Virus record (IMG/VR): IMGVR_UViG_3300030333_006336
Span: 3,670 to 67,669 of that record
Origin: a virus
Direction: 5' to 3' (one strand)
Length of the DNA: 64,000 nt
In this document: one piece after another, positions 26,430 through 36,569 of the stretch
Position numbering within the stretch: position 1 is the stretch's first letter
Layout of the letters: each line of letters starts with the position of its first letter
Position numbers and translations under genes: made by a program
Notes under the pieces: generated by a model
Seen by the model: the letters and a program-made list of their open reading frames with translations, nothing else
Databases searched by the model: none
Told to the model about the DNA's origin: nothing

Positions 26430-27622
26430 AGCTTCAATTCTTTTAGGTCAAGATAGTTTTTGCCCGCATTTAGATTAACATTATAACACGCCAATTTATT
26501 TTTGGCAAATATTTCTTTTATCTTTGGCACAATTTCTTTGTCATCTTCATGCAGATCAATAACCACCTCGTCATGAACTACATGAGAAATAAAAGATTTA
26601 CGTCCTTCCAAAAATTGATCGAGAGCAACGGCCCGATCAAGAACAAGATCGGAAGTGACGCTCTGGATTAAATAGTTTAACGCCTTTCTCTTTTCTACTT
26701 TTATATGTCGGTGCATAGGAGTTGCCACCCTTTGTCCATCATAATAATTGTCTATAAGCTTTTCCTTATTATAATATGTAGCAGCGCTGTGATCGTCTGA
26801 CGAATCGTCATAGAGCCACGCAAAAAATCTAACCTTTGCTTCTTCTCTCGTGTTTGTTTCTGCACTATCGTGATAAATGTTTTTCATATTCCATTCGTGA
26901 ATATCTTCTGTTGGTTGTTCCAAATCAGATAGTGCAAGAAACGTTCGTATCTCCGCGCCATTATAATCTAATGAAAGAAGCCAATCATTTTGTGGCTTAA
27001 GCAATTTTCGAAAATCTTTGCGCACAGTAAGGATAGGGAAAGAGCCAGGATTGGTAGTTAGACGCCCAGTAACTGTGCCAAATAAGTTGTAGTCAATGTA
27101 TCTGTAGTTTTCTAGTAGTTCTTTGGCCTTTTGTCTATTTCGTGACAAGAGGTGTAATTCCCTACACCCTTCATTGTTGAGATTTAATTCTTGGTATCTA
27201 ATCTTGTACAACAATTTTTCCACATCACACAAAAATTTATAATTTGACGGAGCATCATAGTTGTTTAGAACGTGTTCAGTGATTTGATTTTTAATTTCGC
27301 AATATTGTTTTAGAAAGTCTTCTGGAACCAAATCAAAAATGCAATGCTCTCGCATATTAAGCTTGGCGATTTTAAAAGATTTAAGATAAGCATTTAATTT
27401 TTTAGAAACTGCTTTTAAATCATCTTGCAGCTCTATCGGACACACCTGTTCTAATGTTCTCCCCTCACAATAAAGTGACGCATACTCTATATCTGTATTT
27501 GGAATAGCTGCACTATATTTCCATGTGCCGGTTAGATCTTTAGGAAAGTTATCATAGTGCAGTGTCCCATTTGCATAAACACCGATACATTGTTTTTTAT
27601 CATCAATTGTTTGAAAGTTCAA
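26426..27622 (-). CDS. polA: Compact family-A DNA polymerase
   Basis: TVTGRL, motif A LDYNGAEIR, motif B REEAKVRFFAWLY, ALNYLIQS, motif C VHDEVVID; only 398 aa. Confidence 0.88.
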   Translation of the reverse strand: MNFQTIDDKKQCIGVYANGTLHYDNFPKDLTGTWKYSAAIPNTDIEYASLYCEGRTLEQVCPIELQDDLKAVSKKLNAYLKSFKIAKLNMREHCIFDLVPEDFLKQYCEIKNQITEHVLNNYDAPSNYKFLCDVEKLLYKIRYQELNLNNEGCRELHLLSRNRQKAKELLENYRYIDYNLFGTVTGRLTTNPGSFPILTVRKDFRKLLKPQNDWLLSLDYNGAEIRTFLALSDLEQPTEDIHEWNMKNIYHDSAETNTREEAKVRFFAWLYDDSSDDHSAATYYNKEKLIDNYYDGQRVATPMHRHIKVEKRKALNYLIQSVTSDLVLDRAVALDQFLEGRKSFISHVVHDEVVIDLHEDDKEIVPKIKEIFAKNKLACYNVNLNAGKNYLDLKELKL

Positions 27623-27657
27623 AACATCACCGTATTGTATTTGCTTGTATGTTTAGT

Positions 27658-29094
27658 TTAAGATGGCGTTGAATCATCTTGTATCTCGCGATTTTGGGGC
27701 CCCGGTTCTGAGAATTCGGGATCAGTTGCTTGTCCATATAGTCCGCCGCGAAACATGGCCCCCCGATTTCCCAAATTAGACTCTTTATATATTTCTTGTA
27801 GCGTAGGCATTTTAGCAAGATTCGTGTCCAGTTCTTTTCTTGAATTAAAAGTATAACTCGAAGAGCCCACATAGTCAAATGGTTTATTAAGAATAACTTC
27901 AAAATAATAAATCGCTCTTGTGACATTTGACACAGGCGGAGTAAATACTAAATCTATAGAATCTTTTATAATTTGTTGACGTTGTTGGGGCGTAAAGTGA
28001 GACTCTTCTTCTAAAAATCTTATTTCAAAATATACTCGCAATAAATCATTAGAAGGGAGTACTTCTTTAAATTGCTCTAAAGTGTATTTCTCAGGTTCTA
28101 CAAATCTATGATTTGCCAACGTATCGTTACAATTTAAAGTGCTCTCCATATACGAGACAGCAATGGCGTTATACATGCGATATAGAACGTCTACAAATGT
28201 GCTTATATCCGAATAGCCACAAAGGCTATACATTTTTTTAAATAATATTTTGGGTTGCGACACTCCGTAAAATCGACTTGTTAATAGCTTTACTGCTTCT
28301 GGGGCCACATCCGCTATCAGTCGCCATGGCGCATTGGCATCTATCATAAATCCGCTTGAATTAGCAGCCTTTACAAAAAAATTCCAATTGGGGCTATTAA
28401 CAAGTTCATCTAATGTTTTTTGGTCATTACCAGCCTTTAAATCCGCAATCTCTAAAGCAAGCCCGCTACAGTTTACAGGACAAAATCTCGATTTCATAAA
28501 AGCACTAAACGTCAAGGGATAAACATTAGAAATTGCACCCACAGTATCATAAAGAAACTGTATGAAGGTAGCGCAATCAGTGATTCCCGAGTTACCTCCT
28601 GCCACAAAAGCTTCCACATTTCTTTTTAATGCTATTTCTAGAATATCAAGATACTGCCGGTAAGCTACATGAGGATCTATATATGCCTTATGGATGCGCA
28701 AGTCTGAAAGGTACTTATGAGTGCCGTCGATAGTACCTTGAGCTACTCTGGCTTTTATTGTATTTTGCAGATGTCTGAACATGGGCATCATAAACACAGG
28801 CGCTTTTAAAGTAGCACGATGGTCTGCGAGAAATTCATTTGGAATATACGACAAGTATTCTTCTTTATTAGAAATGGCGACAGGCATATACCTCTCATTA
28901 ACTCGTCCATATAAAATCTTTTCGAATCCATTATTGAAATCAACAATATTGTTAATCCCTTGCCGAGTAGCAGTTTGTAAAATTGTTTGTCGATATGTGA
29001 CTTTTTTAGCAAAAAGCTCAAAAGCCTTGTTTTTTTCCTGACCATCACAATATTCTGTAAATAAGTTGGGATCAGGATATAAAGTATTGGACAT
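27658..29094 (-). CDS. Hypothetical protein, probably baseplate/virion associated
   Basis: 478-aa ORF coupled to the hub-like gene; function by position only. Confidence 0.65.
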   Translation of the reverse strand: MSNTLYPDPNLFTEYCDGQEKNKAFELFAKKVTYRQTILQTATRQGINNIVDFNNGFEKILYGRVNERYMPVAISNKEEYLSYIPNEFLADHRATLKAPVFMMPMFRHLQNTIKARVAQGTIDGTHKYLSDLRIHKAYIDPHVAYRQYLDILEIALKRNVEAFVAGGNSGITDCATFIQFLYDTVGAISNVYPLTFSAFMKSRFCPVNCSGLALEIADLKAGNDQKTLDELVNSPNWNFFVKAANSSGFMIDANAPWRLIADVAPEAVKLLTSRFYGVSQPKILFKKMYSLCGYSDISTFVDVLYRMYNAIAVSYMESTLNCNDTLANHRFVEPEKYTLEQFKEVLPSNDLLRVYFEIRFLEEESHFTPQQRQQIIKDSIDLVFTPPVSNVTRAIYYFEVILNKPFDYVGSSSYTFNSRKELDTNLAKMPTLQEIYKESNLGNRGAMFRGGLYGQATDPEFSEPGPQNREIQDDSTPS

Positions 29095-32000
29095 TAGTTA
29101 TCGCTCCAGTCGTTTGGGTCAAAAGGATCTGAGTCATTAGCAAGCGAAGTAGAGCACTTTCTTACTGCACTAGCATCTGTAGATGTAGGATGTAAAGTTT
29201 CGGCCCCTCTAGCTGCTTCTGATTCAATTTGGTGCACCCATTTTGCAGTTATTTTAGTTTCGGCAATGCCTGCTGCAAAATTGTTTTCAGACTTAATCAC
29301 CATGTAGTACCCTCCAATTCCATACTGAGTTAGATTATAGGGGCTGTCGCCAATATTTCCGCCGGCGCGCTCAAAAGAGCCCGGTGAATAACCTCCGGGA
29401 TCAATATAAATATAAGTACCAGGATAAATTTTTACTGATGCGTACAAAGTTACATAAGCGTCATAAACTACGCGTAGTTGACGTAATCCATCGTACCCGT
29501 CTTGCTCGAACCTTACTTCTGCGAGTCCTGGTGTCTCTGTCTTTTGTAGTTCTATTGTCTTAACTAACCCTCTTGGGGCACCTAAGAGGAAATGAGGAAT
29601 TCCAACTTTCTCATCATACCGACGATTACCGACCATCAAGTTAGATGGATTAACCCTTCCGCAAAAATAAACAAGATATTGATATGAGTCAGTAGGCGAC
29701 AAGTTACTAATAGGAGATAGATCTCCTCCGGGATTTAAAGCTATCACTGGTCGACCACTCCGAGGTCGATTGCTTAATGTCAAGTTGGCTACGCGTCTTC
29801 GGTCCGCCAAAGCTGCCTGACTCAGAGAGTCGATATTTGGTCGACGGGCGTCTATTTGTTGATAGCCTGTGATACTGGCTTGTTGAACGCGTACGCGCTG
29901 GCTAATATTCCAACCAAAGCATGAGTCATTGTTGAGGAAGGCGCGAACAATTTCATTATAGAAATCGTTCATAAAGCGTGTCAAAGGATAAACACTTTCT
30001 TCCTTGGAGAGCATTTTTTCAGTTAACCATTCTATAAAATATTTGGTAGAAATAGGAACATCTCCCAAGCTTGCCGTGTATACTTCAGAAATATCTCCTT
30101 GATTTACCACTTCTAAAGGACCCAATACAACTCTTAACTTTTTAAGTGTTTTCTGAAGGCGCCTTATGGTGTGCACACGGGTTTTCTTTTTACAAACAAA
30201 CGAATCTCGCAATTCGGCGCCGGCGCTTTCAGGCAAGCCGATTGAATCTACTTCGTTAGGCAGGCGCGATAGCTCTGATTGAATGTTTTCAAGTATATAA
30301 TCGATTAAGTCACCGGCATAAAAATAAGACAATGTTTGGTTTTCTGGATCTGCGCCCGCAAATAGGGAGGCCCTCCAGTTGTTTTTAATCTGTGTGCCTG
30401 ATGGTCCGCCGGCTTCTGCGTCGGCTGCCTCATTAAATGCCCTATTAGTGGCGGTCGTTGTAGCTTCGGTTATGTTGCTAATTAATTGTTGATGGATTCC
30501 TCCATCACCAGAAATAGAGCGGAAGAAGTCGTCACCGGTGCCAAAGTTCCCATCGTCTCCCGCTGCATTTTGCGATGTGCGATTATAAAAAGGTCCTAGG
30601 CGAATAAATGACTTAATGTCATCATACGGCAAATTAACATAATACATCTTGCCACTAGTCATCATACCGGCCAAAAGATGTCCGATTGCTAATCGCTTCT
30701 CTTGATCTACTGTTTTAGCGTAATTCTCGCGTATGTTGTTAAGCTCTGTAGTGCTGCACTTTTTAGTAAAAAAGTCCATATGCAATTCTCGCTCAATAGA
30801 TTTTGTAGTTATTCTACGTTCACCGGTGGTACTTGGGGCGTTAGCAAATATATTAAACATATTTTGATCATATATATCTTCAATATAAGCTAGATATTTA
30901 ATTTTAAAGGTAACTCGCCCTTGTTCGTCAAATGCAAAATCGTGCACCGTGGGAGTAAGCTCTAGTGTAACATAAGAATCATAAATAGCACGCAGCACAC
31001 TGTCGGAGTTAGATCCATAATTCCGAGTTAAAGTCTCAGGGCGGGCCCAACCTACTACTGCCTTCAATCTAAAGTTTAATTTCTCTAGATTTGCATTTTG
31101 TTCCGCTGTGCGGAATCGACTTGCATTTCCAGCGCGACACTCTCGAATGTCTACCGTATCTGAGGAACTGGCTGTTTTTAAAGCTAGTTCAATGAATTGA
31201 TAATTGATATTCTCTCCATTACGACTTTGCAACAATTCTTCAAAACTGTTTGCAAAGACTGTTAAAGAACCTTTAATGCTTTTTTTGACCGCGAAAGGAT
31301 TGCTTCCATCGTAAGTAAAACTAAAATCTTTTATCCCTACGCCACTTCCTCTTGAACTACGATCACTCAATAACGCCTGGGCAGTTCGCCCACTGTCTCT
31401 TGAGCCCATTGAGGCAAAATTAGACTCAAAATGATATTCTTGTTGGGCTGGCTCGCCTGTGGCTTCGTTACTGTAAATTTTAAATAGCCTAATCATTGGC
31501 TGTAAATTAGCCAGTTCTGAGTGTGGCATTTCGTTTAATAAGTTAGCTGGTCCAGTTTGCGAATCACTAAATGTGTCAATGAATTGATGGCTTAATCCAC
31601 CGATGTCTCCACCGCGCCAGGGGACCATGCCGGCCTGAGCAAATTCGCTGCCTTCGAGATTCCAATCGTCGAAAGAAGTGCCGGGTTGTGTCAGTCGATT
31701 CATAAATCCATATCCGTCGCCCTTTACTTGAATGCATGCTTGTTTGCCATTCTCGTCATAAGCTGCACCAGTGATGTAAGGAAGCTTTTTAGGGCTAACA
31801 CCCAGTCGGTAATTCCTATATTCACAAGCTTGTACAATATAAGACAACAAAAAGCACTGCTCTTTAAAAATAAGGCGCTCGACGTTAGACTCCAAGAAGC
31901 CGCCAAGTGTCATGCTTCCCAAACGATTCGCTTCCGCACGCAGGGCATTAAAGTTAGCTGCGTCACCATATTTTCCAAAGTCGCTGTTAATGAAATCAGG

Positions 32001-34841
32001 AACCAATCGATCATACCAATGAGAGCCGGGCCTATGTTCCTCAGCAGCATCCGACAGAGTGTCGGTTTGGGCCTCAACAAAGTCATCAAAATTTGCAGCG
32101 GAATCGATAATGCATTTAAGAGATCTCAGCCAAAGATCTAATGCAGACATCATGTTTTCAACAACTTGTTTGTTTCCATCTGTAAATGTTGATCTTATGT
32201 TTGCAAGAGCAGGAGATGTCTCACCACTCGCGACCCATTCTGATTCTGAATTGTAATCTTCATGCCAACTGAGAGAGCCATCATCGCTTCTAATGGTGTT
32301 CGTGCCGATATATGCATCGCTCCCCCACATATGCCACATGACGCCTTTAGGTCTTTCGGGATTGTAAGTATAGCCACTAGTGTTATTAGGGCTGTGTTCG
32401 AATTCAACTTCGGACCATGTAACGTTAGCACCTCCTCCATAAACCGGAGCAGTCATAACATCTCTATATGACTCGGGTGTTAAATTATCTGGTACTCGAA
32501 TCTGAAGATTTGGCTGATTGTAGTAATATCCATAATTTGAAGGGGCAGTGGCGCCATCTGCGACGGTTTCCAATCTACTTCCACGAAGATTATAGTTTAC
32601 AGATTCAATTCCGTTTGGGCCGGTCGTAGTAAGTTGTGGCCACACTTTCTGTAATAAGATCATACATCCCAAATACATGCGTGCAGCATCAGCCATGCTT
32701 CTTTTTGCTTTTGTAACTAGGACCGTCAAAGATGTTCCCGCGTCTGCGCTGTTGATCTGTGCAAAATCTTCTGGAGTCCAAAAAGCTATCTTTCCATCTG
32801 ACTGTGGATTATTGAAAGGTCCAGCAGCGCGGCTGGCAGTGCCAGTTCCGGTTTCGTTAGCTTCTTCTAGTGTGTCTGCATAATAATCGAAATAAGCTAC
32901 AATTTCATCCCACAATAAATTAACGTCTGTTACAGTTAGATCATCAAAGGAGCGATTCGCATCCCCTACAGCATTAAAACCATTTAATGGATCCAATGTC
33001 TGCGATGTGGCACCATCGCGCGACGTGGTGGTTCGAGCGGTATCATGCGCAATCCGATTGGCCTCATACCAGTCGGTAGAGTCATGACTGCCAATGAGTT
33101 GACCAAACGGTGTTGACCCCCCTCGGTTGCCGTTTAAAAAATCGTAGTTACCCGTTTCTCCTAAATCCGCGCTAGTAGGAATGGCTAACTTACTTGCCAA
33201 AGCATAAAGTTCGTCGCGAGTAAGTCCACCTTCCACACCTCGTTCCCCTGATGTTTGATACATGGCGCCGGCGATATCATAATCTCCCTGTACGCCCCCC
33301 GGCACCAAGTGTCCCATAACAGCCCCATCCATCATAATCAGATGTAGAACAAATGCGCGAAGAATTTCGCCACCTTCGCGAGTCAAATAACCATAGCCGT
33401 TGTCTGAAAGATATCGCGCCTGGGTGGTGATAGTTCCTGTATATGGGTTCCAAACTCTATATTGATTCTTTGCTTCCTGGAGTTCGTCGGTCCAAGTTGC
33501 TAACCCGCCGGAATCGGTGGTGCCCCACCAAGTGTTCCACTCTTGGTTGGATTCTTGGGTGTTTCCTCGAAATGTTGTATATTGTCGACCGATGCCTATC
33601 GAATTCGGATTAACTATCCCAGTGAATTCTCCGATGCTACCTAGAGTCAAAACGTTTCCATCGGCATCTGGCAGAAACCCTGAAGTACCCCCCTCAAACT
33701 CTGTCCAGTTGGCGTACGGATTAGTGCGGTAGACTATGGCGTAGTCACCGCCGACCTCGCCGCCGCCGAGTACTCGGTTATAGGCTGATGGTACACCACC
33801 GGGACCAAGACCAAATCCTGGGAGGTCATGTACATAATAGACTGCGTGACCTCCCTCGCTTCGAGCGACGGCATCGCGGGTTGGGTGAGAAGAGGCAAAG
33901 ACGCTATTATGAAAACCACCACCGCCGGCCCTAGAAACATTAGATCCTCTAGGCAACGCGTTGAAAGAATAGTTGCCACGAACGTCCTCAGATATCGTAT
34001 CGCGAATCACTTCTTGAGATGAATTGTTGGGGATATATCTATTTGGACTTTGAAACCCGTCAGGGTTATTAACTCCTTGGGCCCAACCGTTTTCGGAAGT
34101 CATCAGTTGACCGCCAACAGTTGTTGCTAGTCCGTAAGCCATGGGGGTCTGCGTGTCATGTGAGCCGGCTTGGGGGCTCGTACGAGCCCATCGTTCAGGA
34201 CGTGCTTGTCCCATGCGATTCAGAATCATCTCATGCATGTACCCTAAAAATTCATCAACGGTGCCCTCTAATTGGATAGACACATTGGCGTTGAGGCGAT
34301 TCGAAGTGAGCGATTCGCCAGATATAACCCCGTTCCGCTGCAGTGCGGAGAGGGTGCGCGGCGTTGATAATGCTAGCATTCGGGCGCCGCCCATGAGTCG
34401 CGTTTGCATTTGGTATGTGTCTGAGCGTGCGGTTAAACCTTGTTCTTCTGCTCTTGCTTGAGTTCTATATTGTTCTATATCATTGTGCTCAAACCATTCA
34501 CTGTTGTCTTGTGCGCGTAATCCGAAAGAAATATTTTGAACTCCTGCCGTCCAATCCTGCATCGCCCTCATCCTACTAAAGTCTGGATTGGCTATTAAAG
34601 TGGGCACATAGGATGTCATTGACCAATTCAATATAGTTTCCCTAAAGTTTCTCACGGAATTTTGCGCAGACATAGCATCTTGCGCACAGCCTCGAATATC
34701 TGCTTCAGTACGATTGGCCTGCTCCATGATAGAAGCCTCAACGGCCAGAATCTGCCCAATAACGTTAGCGTCGACGCCTTGAGATCTTAGTTCGGTTCCA
34801 ATATCGCGAAGAACTTGCGAATCGCTGCGTTCATCACCCAT
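29094..34841 (-). CDS. Large baseplate hub-like protein (gp27/VgrG-type C-terminal half) with a long N-terminal extension
   Basis: 1915 aa after tape measure, tube initiator and LysM genes; C-terminal PGTYIYID...GIGGYYMVIKSENNF...TKITAKW pattern typical of hub proteins. Confidence 0.65.
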   Translation of the reverse strand: MGDERSDSQVLRDIGTELRSQGVDANVIGQILAVEASIMEQANRTEADIRGCAQDAMSAQNSVRNFRETILNWSMTSYVPTLIANPDFSRMRAMQDWTAGVQNISFGLRAQDNSEWFEHNDIEQYRTQARAEEQGLTARSDTYQMQTRLMGGARMLALSTPRTLSALQRNGVISGESLTSNRLNANVSIQLEGTVDEFLGYMHEMILNRMGQARPERWARTSPQAGSHDTQTPMAYGLATTVGGQLMTSENGWAQGVNNPDGFQSPNRYIPNNSSQEVIRDTISEDVRGNYSFNALPRGSNVSRAGGGGFHNSVFASSHPTRDAVARSEGGHAVYYVHDLPGFGLGPGGVPSAYNRVLGGGEVGGDYAIVYRTNPYANWTEFEGGTSGFLPDADGNVLTLGSIGEFTGIVNPNSIGIGRQYTTFRGNTQESNQEWNTWWGTTDSGGLATWTDELQEAKNQYRVWNPYTGTITTQARYLSDNGYGYLTREGGEILRAFVLHLIMMDGAVMGHLVPGGVQGDYDIAGAMYQTSGERGVEGGLTRDELYALASKLAIPTSADLGETGNYDFLNGNRGGSTPFGQLIGSHDSTDWYEANRIAHDTARTTTSRDGATSQTLDPLNGFNAVGDANRSFDDLTVTDVNLLWDEIVAYFDYYADTLEEANETGTGTASRAAGPFNNPQSDGKIAFWTPEDFAQINSADAGTSLTVLVTKAKRSMADAARMYLGCMILLQKVWPQLTTTGPNGIESVNYNLRGSRLETVADGATAPSNYGYYYNQPNLQIRVPDNLTPESYRDVMTAPVYGGGANVTWSEVEFEHSPNNTSGYTYNPERPKGVMWHMWGSDAYIGTNTIRSDDGSLSWHEDYNSESEWVASGETSPALANIRSTFTDGNKQVVENMMSALDLWLRSLKCIIDSAANFDDFVEAQTDTLSDAAEEHRPGSHWYDRLVPDFINSDFGKYGDAANFNALRAEANRLGSMTLGGFLESNVERLIFKEQCFLLSYIVQACEYRNYRLGVSPKKLPYITGAAYDENGKQACIQVKGDGYGFMNRLTQPGTSFDDWNLEGSEFAQAGMVPWRGGDIGGLSHQFIDTFSDSQTGPANLLNEMPHSELANLQPMIRLFKIYSNEATGEPAQQEYHFESNFASMGSRDSGRTAQALLSDRSSRGSGVGIKDFSFTYDGSNPFAVKKSIKGSLTVFANSFEELLQSRNGENINYQFIELALKTASSSDTVDIRECRAGNASRFRTAEQNANLEKLNFRLKAVVGWARPETLTRNYGSNSDSVLRAIYDSYVTLELTPTVHDFAFDEQGRVTFKIKYLAYIEDIYDQNMFNIFANAPSTTGERRITTKSIERELHMDFFTKKCSTTELNNIRENYAKTVDQEKRLAIGHLLAGMMTSGKMYYVNLPYDDIKSFIRLGPFYNRTSQNAAGDDGNFGTGDDFFRSISGDGGIHQQLISNITEATTTATNRAFNEAADAEAGGPSGTQIKNNWRASLFAGADPENQTLSYFYAGDLIDYILENIQSELSRLPNEVDSIGLPESAGAELRDSFVCKKKTRVHTIRRLQKTLKKLRVVLGPLEVVNQGDISEVYTASLGDVPISTKYFIEWLTEKMLSKEESVYPLTRFMNDFYNEIVRAFLNNDSCFGWNISQRVRVQQASITGYQQIDARRPNIDSLSQAALADRRRVANLTLSNRPRSGRPVIALNPGGDLSPISNLSPTDSYQYLVYFCGRVNPSNLMVGNRRYDEKVGIPHFLLGAPRGLVKTIELQKTETPGLAEVRFEQDGYDGLRQLRVVYDAYVTLYASVKIYPGTYIYIDPGGYSPGSFERAGGNIGDSPYNLTQYGIGGYYMVIKSENNFAAGIAETKITAKWVHQIESEAARGAETLHPTSTDASAVRKCSTSLANDSDPFDPNDWSDN

Positions 34842-34842
34842 A

Positions 34843-35187
34843 TTAATAAACCCCTAAAAGTGTCATAACCGCCTCTATATTAGTAGGAACAGTAATAACA
34901 TCGCCAGGGAACACTTGAACCTCTGTTGGATATCCATTGTACCATGCAATGACCCACCAAAGCTTAGGATCGTTATAATATTGATCTGCTAACTTATAAT
35001 ATCGATCTCCGTAACTCCAAATGTGCTGTGTTACGTTTAGCATAGAGCGTTCCGCTGCTGTGGGGTTTCGAATCACTGGTGTTGGATATTGTTCTATCGC
35101 TTTTACTCCTCGTTTTTCCATTAAAAACTTATAGTAAGGGTTACGATTTAAAAAAGATGTGTAAATTATATCATATCTACTAGACAT
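34843..35187 (-). CDS. LysM-type baseplate wedge protein (gp53 / tail X-like)
   Basis: HIWSYGDRYYKLADQYYNDPKLWWVIAWYN...PGDVITVP. Confidence 0.85.
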   Translation of the reverse strand: MSSRYDIIYTSFLNRNPYYKFLMEKRGVKAIEQYPTPVIRNPTAAERSMLNVTQHIWSYGDRYYKLADQYYNDPKLWWVIAWYNGYPTEVQVFPGDVITVPTNIEAVMTLLGVY

Positions 35188-35209
35188 TTAATAGTTATCT
35201 CCTGTAAAT

Positions 35210-36544
35210 TTAAAAATCAATATCGTCAGGCACATCGCTGATATCGGCATTGTCGAATGCCTCTGGGAGCCCGCTTAAATACTCGCCGGTAGGGCTATAG
35301 ACATAATAGTCCATAAACATGTGTGCGTATTCAGCATACAATCCGGCCGTTTCGAAAGCATCTCCGCCGGCCTCCCAAGCATTAACAGCACCTTGTGCAA
35401 CGTACTGACTGCCAGGAACAATTGCATTATCCCATACCCATTCACCGCCCTGACCGATAGCTCTCCCAGTGGCGACTACACCCTTTCCTGTAGCTGAAAT
35501 TCCACGTCGAGCCATAGAATCTGGATTGCGAAGGGCTCCAAACATTCCCATATTTCTACCAGCTTGATTAGCTTCTGCTGCTTCTGACGCGTCTAATCCG
35601 CTTTGTCTTTCTCGATCAGCCCTTAGTTGTTCTCGTGTAACTGCTGTAGGTGCTGTATTTGTACTTTGCATAGCTTCTCTTGTAGTTTCAGTAGTGATAC
35701 TTGTGTTCATGCCATAAGGAAATTTAGGCGCTGCGAACTTCATGTTGTCGCCGTTTTTTTGCCAGCCAATTGAGTGCTCGTGTACAACGGAAAAATCAAA
35801 ATTTAATTCAATTAATTTAGGAAGAATTGTTCCGTTCATCTGAAAGACTCCCACATCTCCTTCCATATTGTAATTTACGGTAAGATTTTTTACTACCCCC
35901 AACAAACCATCAACAGCCTGGTTTGTATTTGTGGGTATTCCAAATTCAGTTGCAGTGCCGGCATCGGATGTAGTGTATTTTGAAATCATGTTTTGAAACT
36001 TTAAACGTATAAGAGGAGATTGGGAAATAGTCGTTCCCGAGGCTACATCTTTATATGCTGGGTACAAAAACTGAATTAGTCTTTGTAGGCGTTCTAGGTT
36101 TTCTGCTGCCTCACCTGTAGTTGCAGCGGGTATTTTAATGCCTACCGTTATATTCCGTGTTGTTTGTTTAAACATGTAAATAGGATCGGCACGTCCGTAT
36201 ACGCTCTCTTCTGTCCACTCCGGACTATAAGTCTCATTATAGGCAGTAAGAAAAGCCTTAAAATAGACAGCTAGCTGCGAAGGAATATGGAAAAAACTTA
36301 TAACCTGTTTGTATTGATTTGCTAGATAATCAGAACCATCAATATAAGCACGGGTTCCGATATTGGCGCCAGATGTTCTTCGTGACGAAGGAGTGCCTTC
36401 TGAAGCTGTGTTTCCCTCTTCATCCACAAATCCTACGTTTTCGCGTACGCGAGTAGTACGCGGACTTCCAATCCTTTCAGCATTGAAATAATTACCAAAT
36501 TTACGATAGGCTGAGTCACCACTGTTAGAATCGCTTTCGCTCAA
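35210..36544 (-). CDS. Tail tube initiator / baseplate protein
   Basis: WTEESVYGRADPIYMFKQTTRNIT, PLIRLKF, LPKLIELNFDF; immediately after tape measure. Confidence 0.65.
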   Translation of the reverse strand: MSESDSNSGDSAYRKFGNYFNAERIGSPRTTRVRENVGFVDEEGNTASEGTPSSRRTSGANIGTRAYIDGSDYLANQYKQVISFFHIPSQLAVYFKAFLTAYNETYSPEWTEESVYGRADPIYMFKQTTRNITVGIKIPAATTGEAAENLERLQRLIQFLYPAYKDVASGTTISQSPLIRLKFQNMISKYTTSDAGTATEFGIPTNTNQAVDGLLGVVKNLTVNYNMEGDVGVFQMNGTILPKLIELNFDFSVVHEHSIGWQKNGDNMKFAAPKFPYGMNTSITTETTREAMQSTNTAPTAVTREQLRADRERQSGLDASEAAEANQAGRNMGMFGALRNPDSMARRGISATGKGVVATGRAIGQGGEWVWDNAIVPGSQYVAQGAVNAWEAGGDAFETAGLYAEYAHMFMDYYVYSPTGEYLSGLPEAFDNADISDVPDDIDF

Positions 36545-36569
36545 AATCTTATCTCCTTGTTACTATATA

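Noticed and set aside
26426-27622. T7-like single-subunit RNA polymerase
   Set aside because: Motifs DYNGAEIR and HDEV are DNA polymerase type, not DGxCxGxQH and HDS
27627-27926. 99-aa alternative-frame minus-strand ORF
   Set aside because: Almost wholly nested in the 478-aa gene with no RBS or motif
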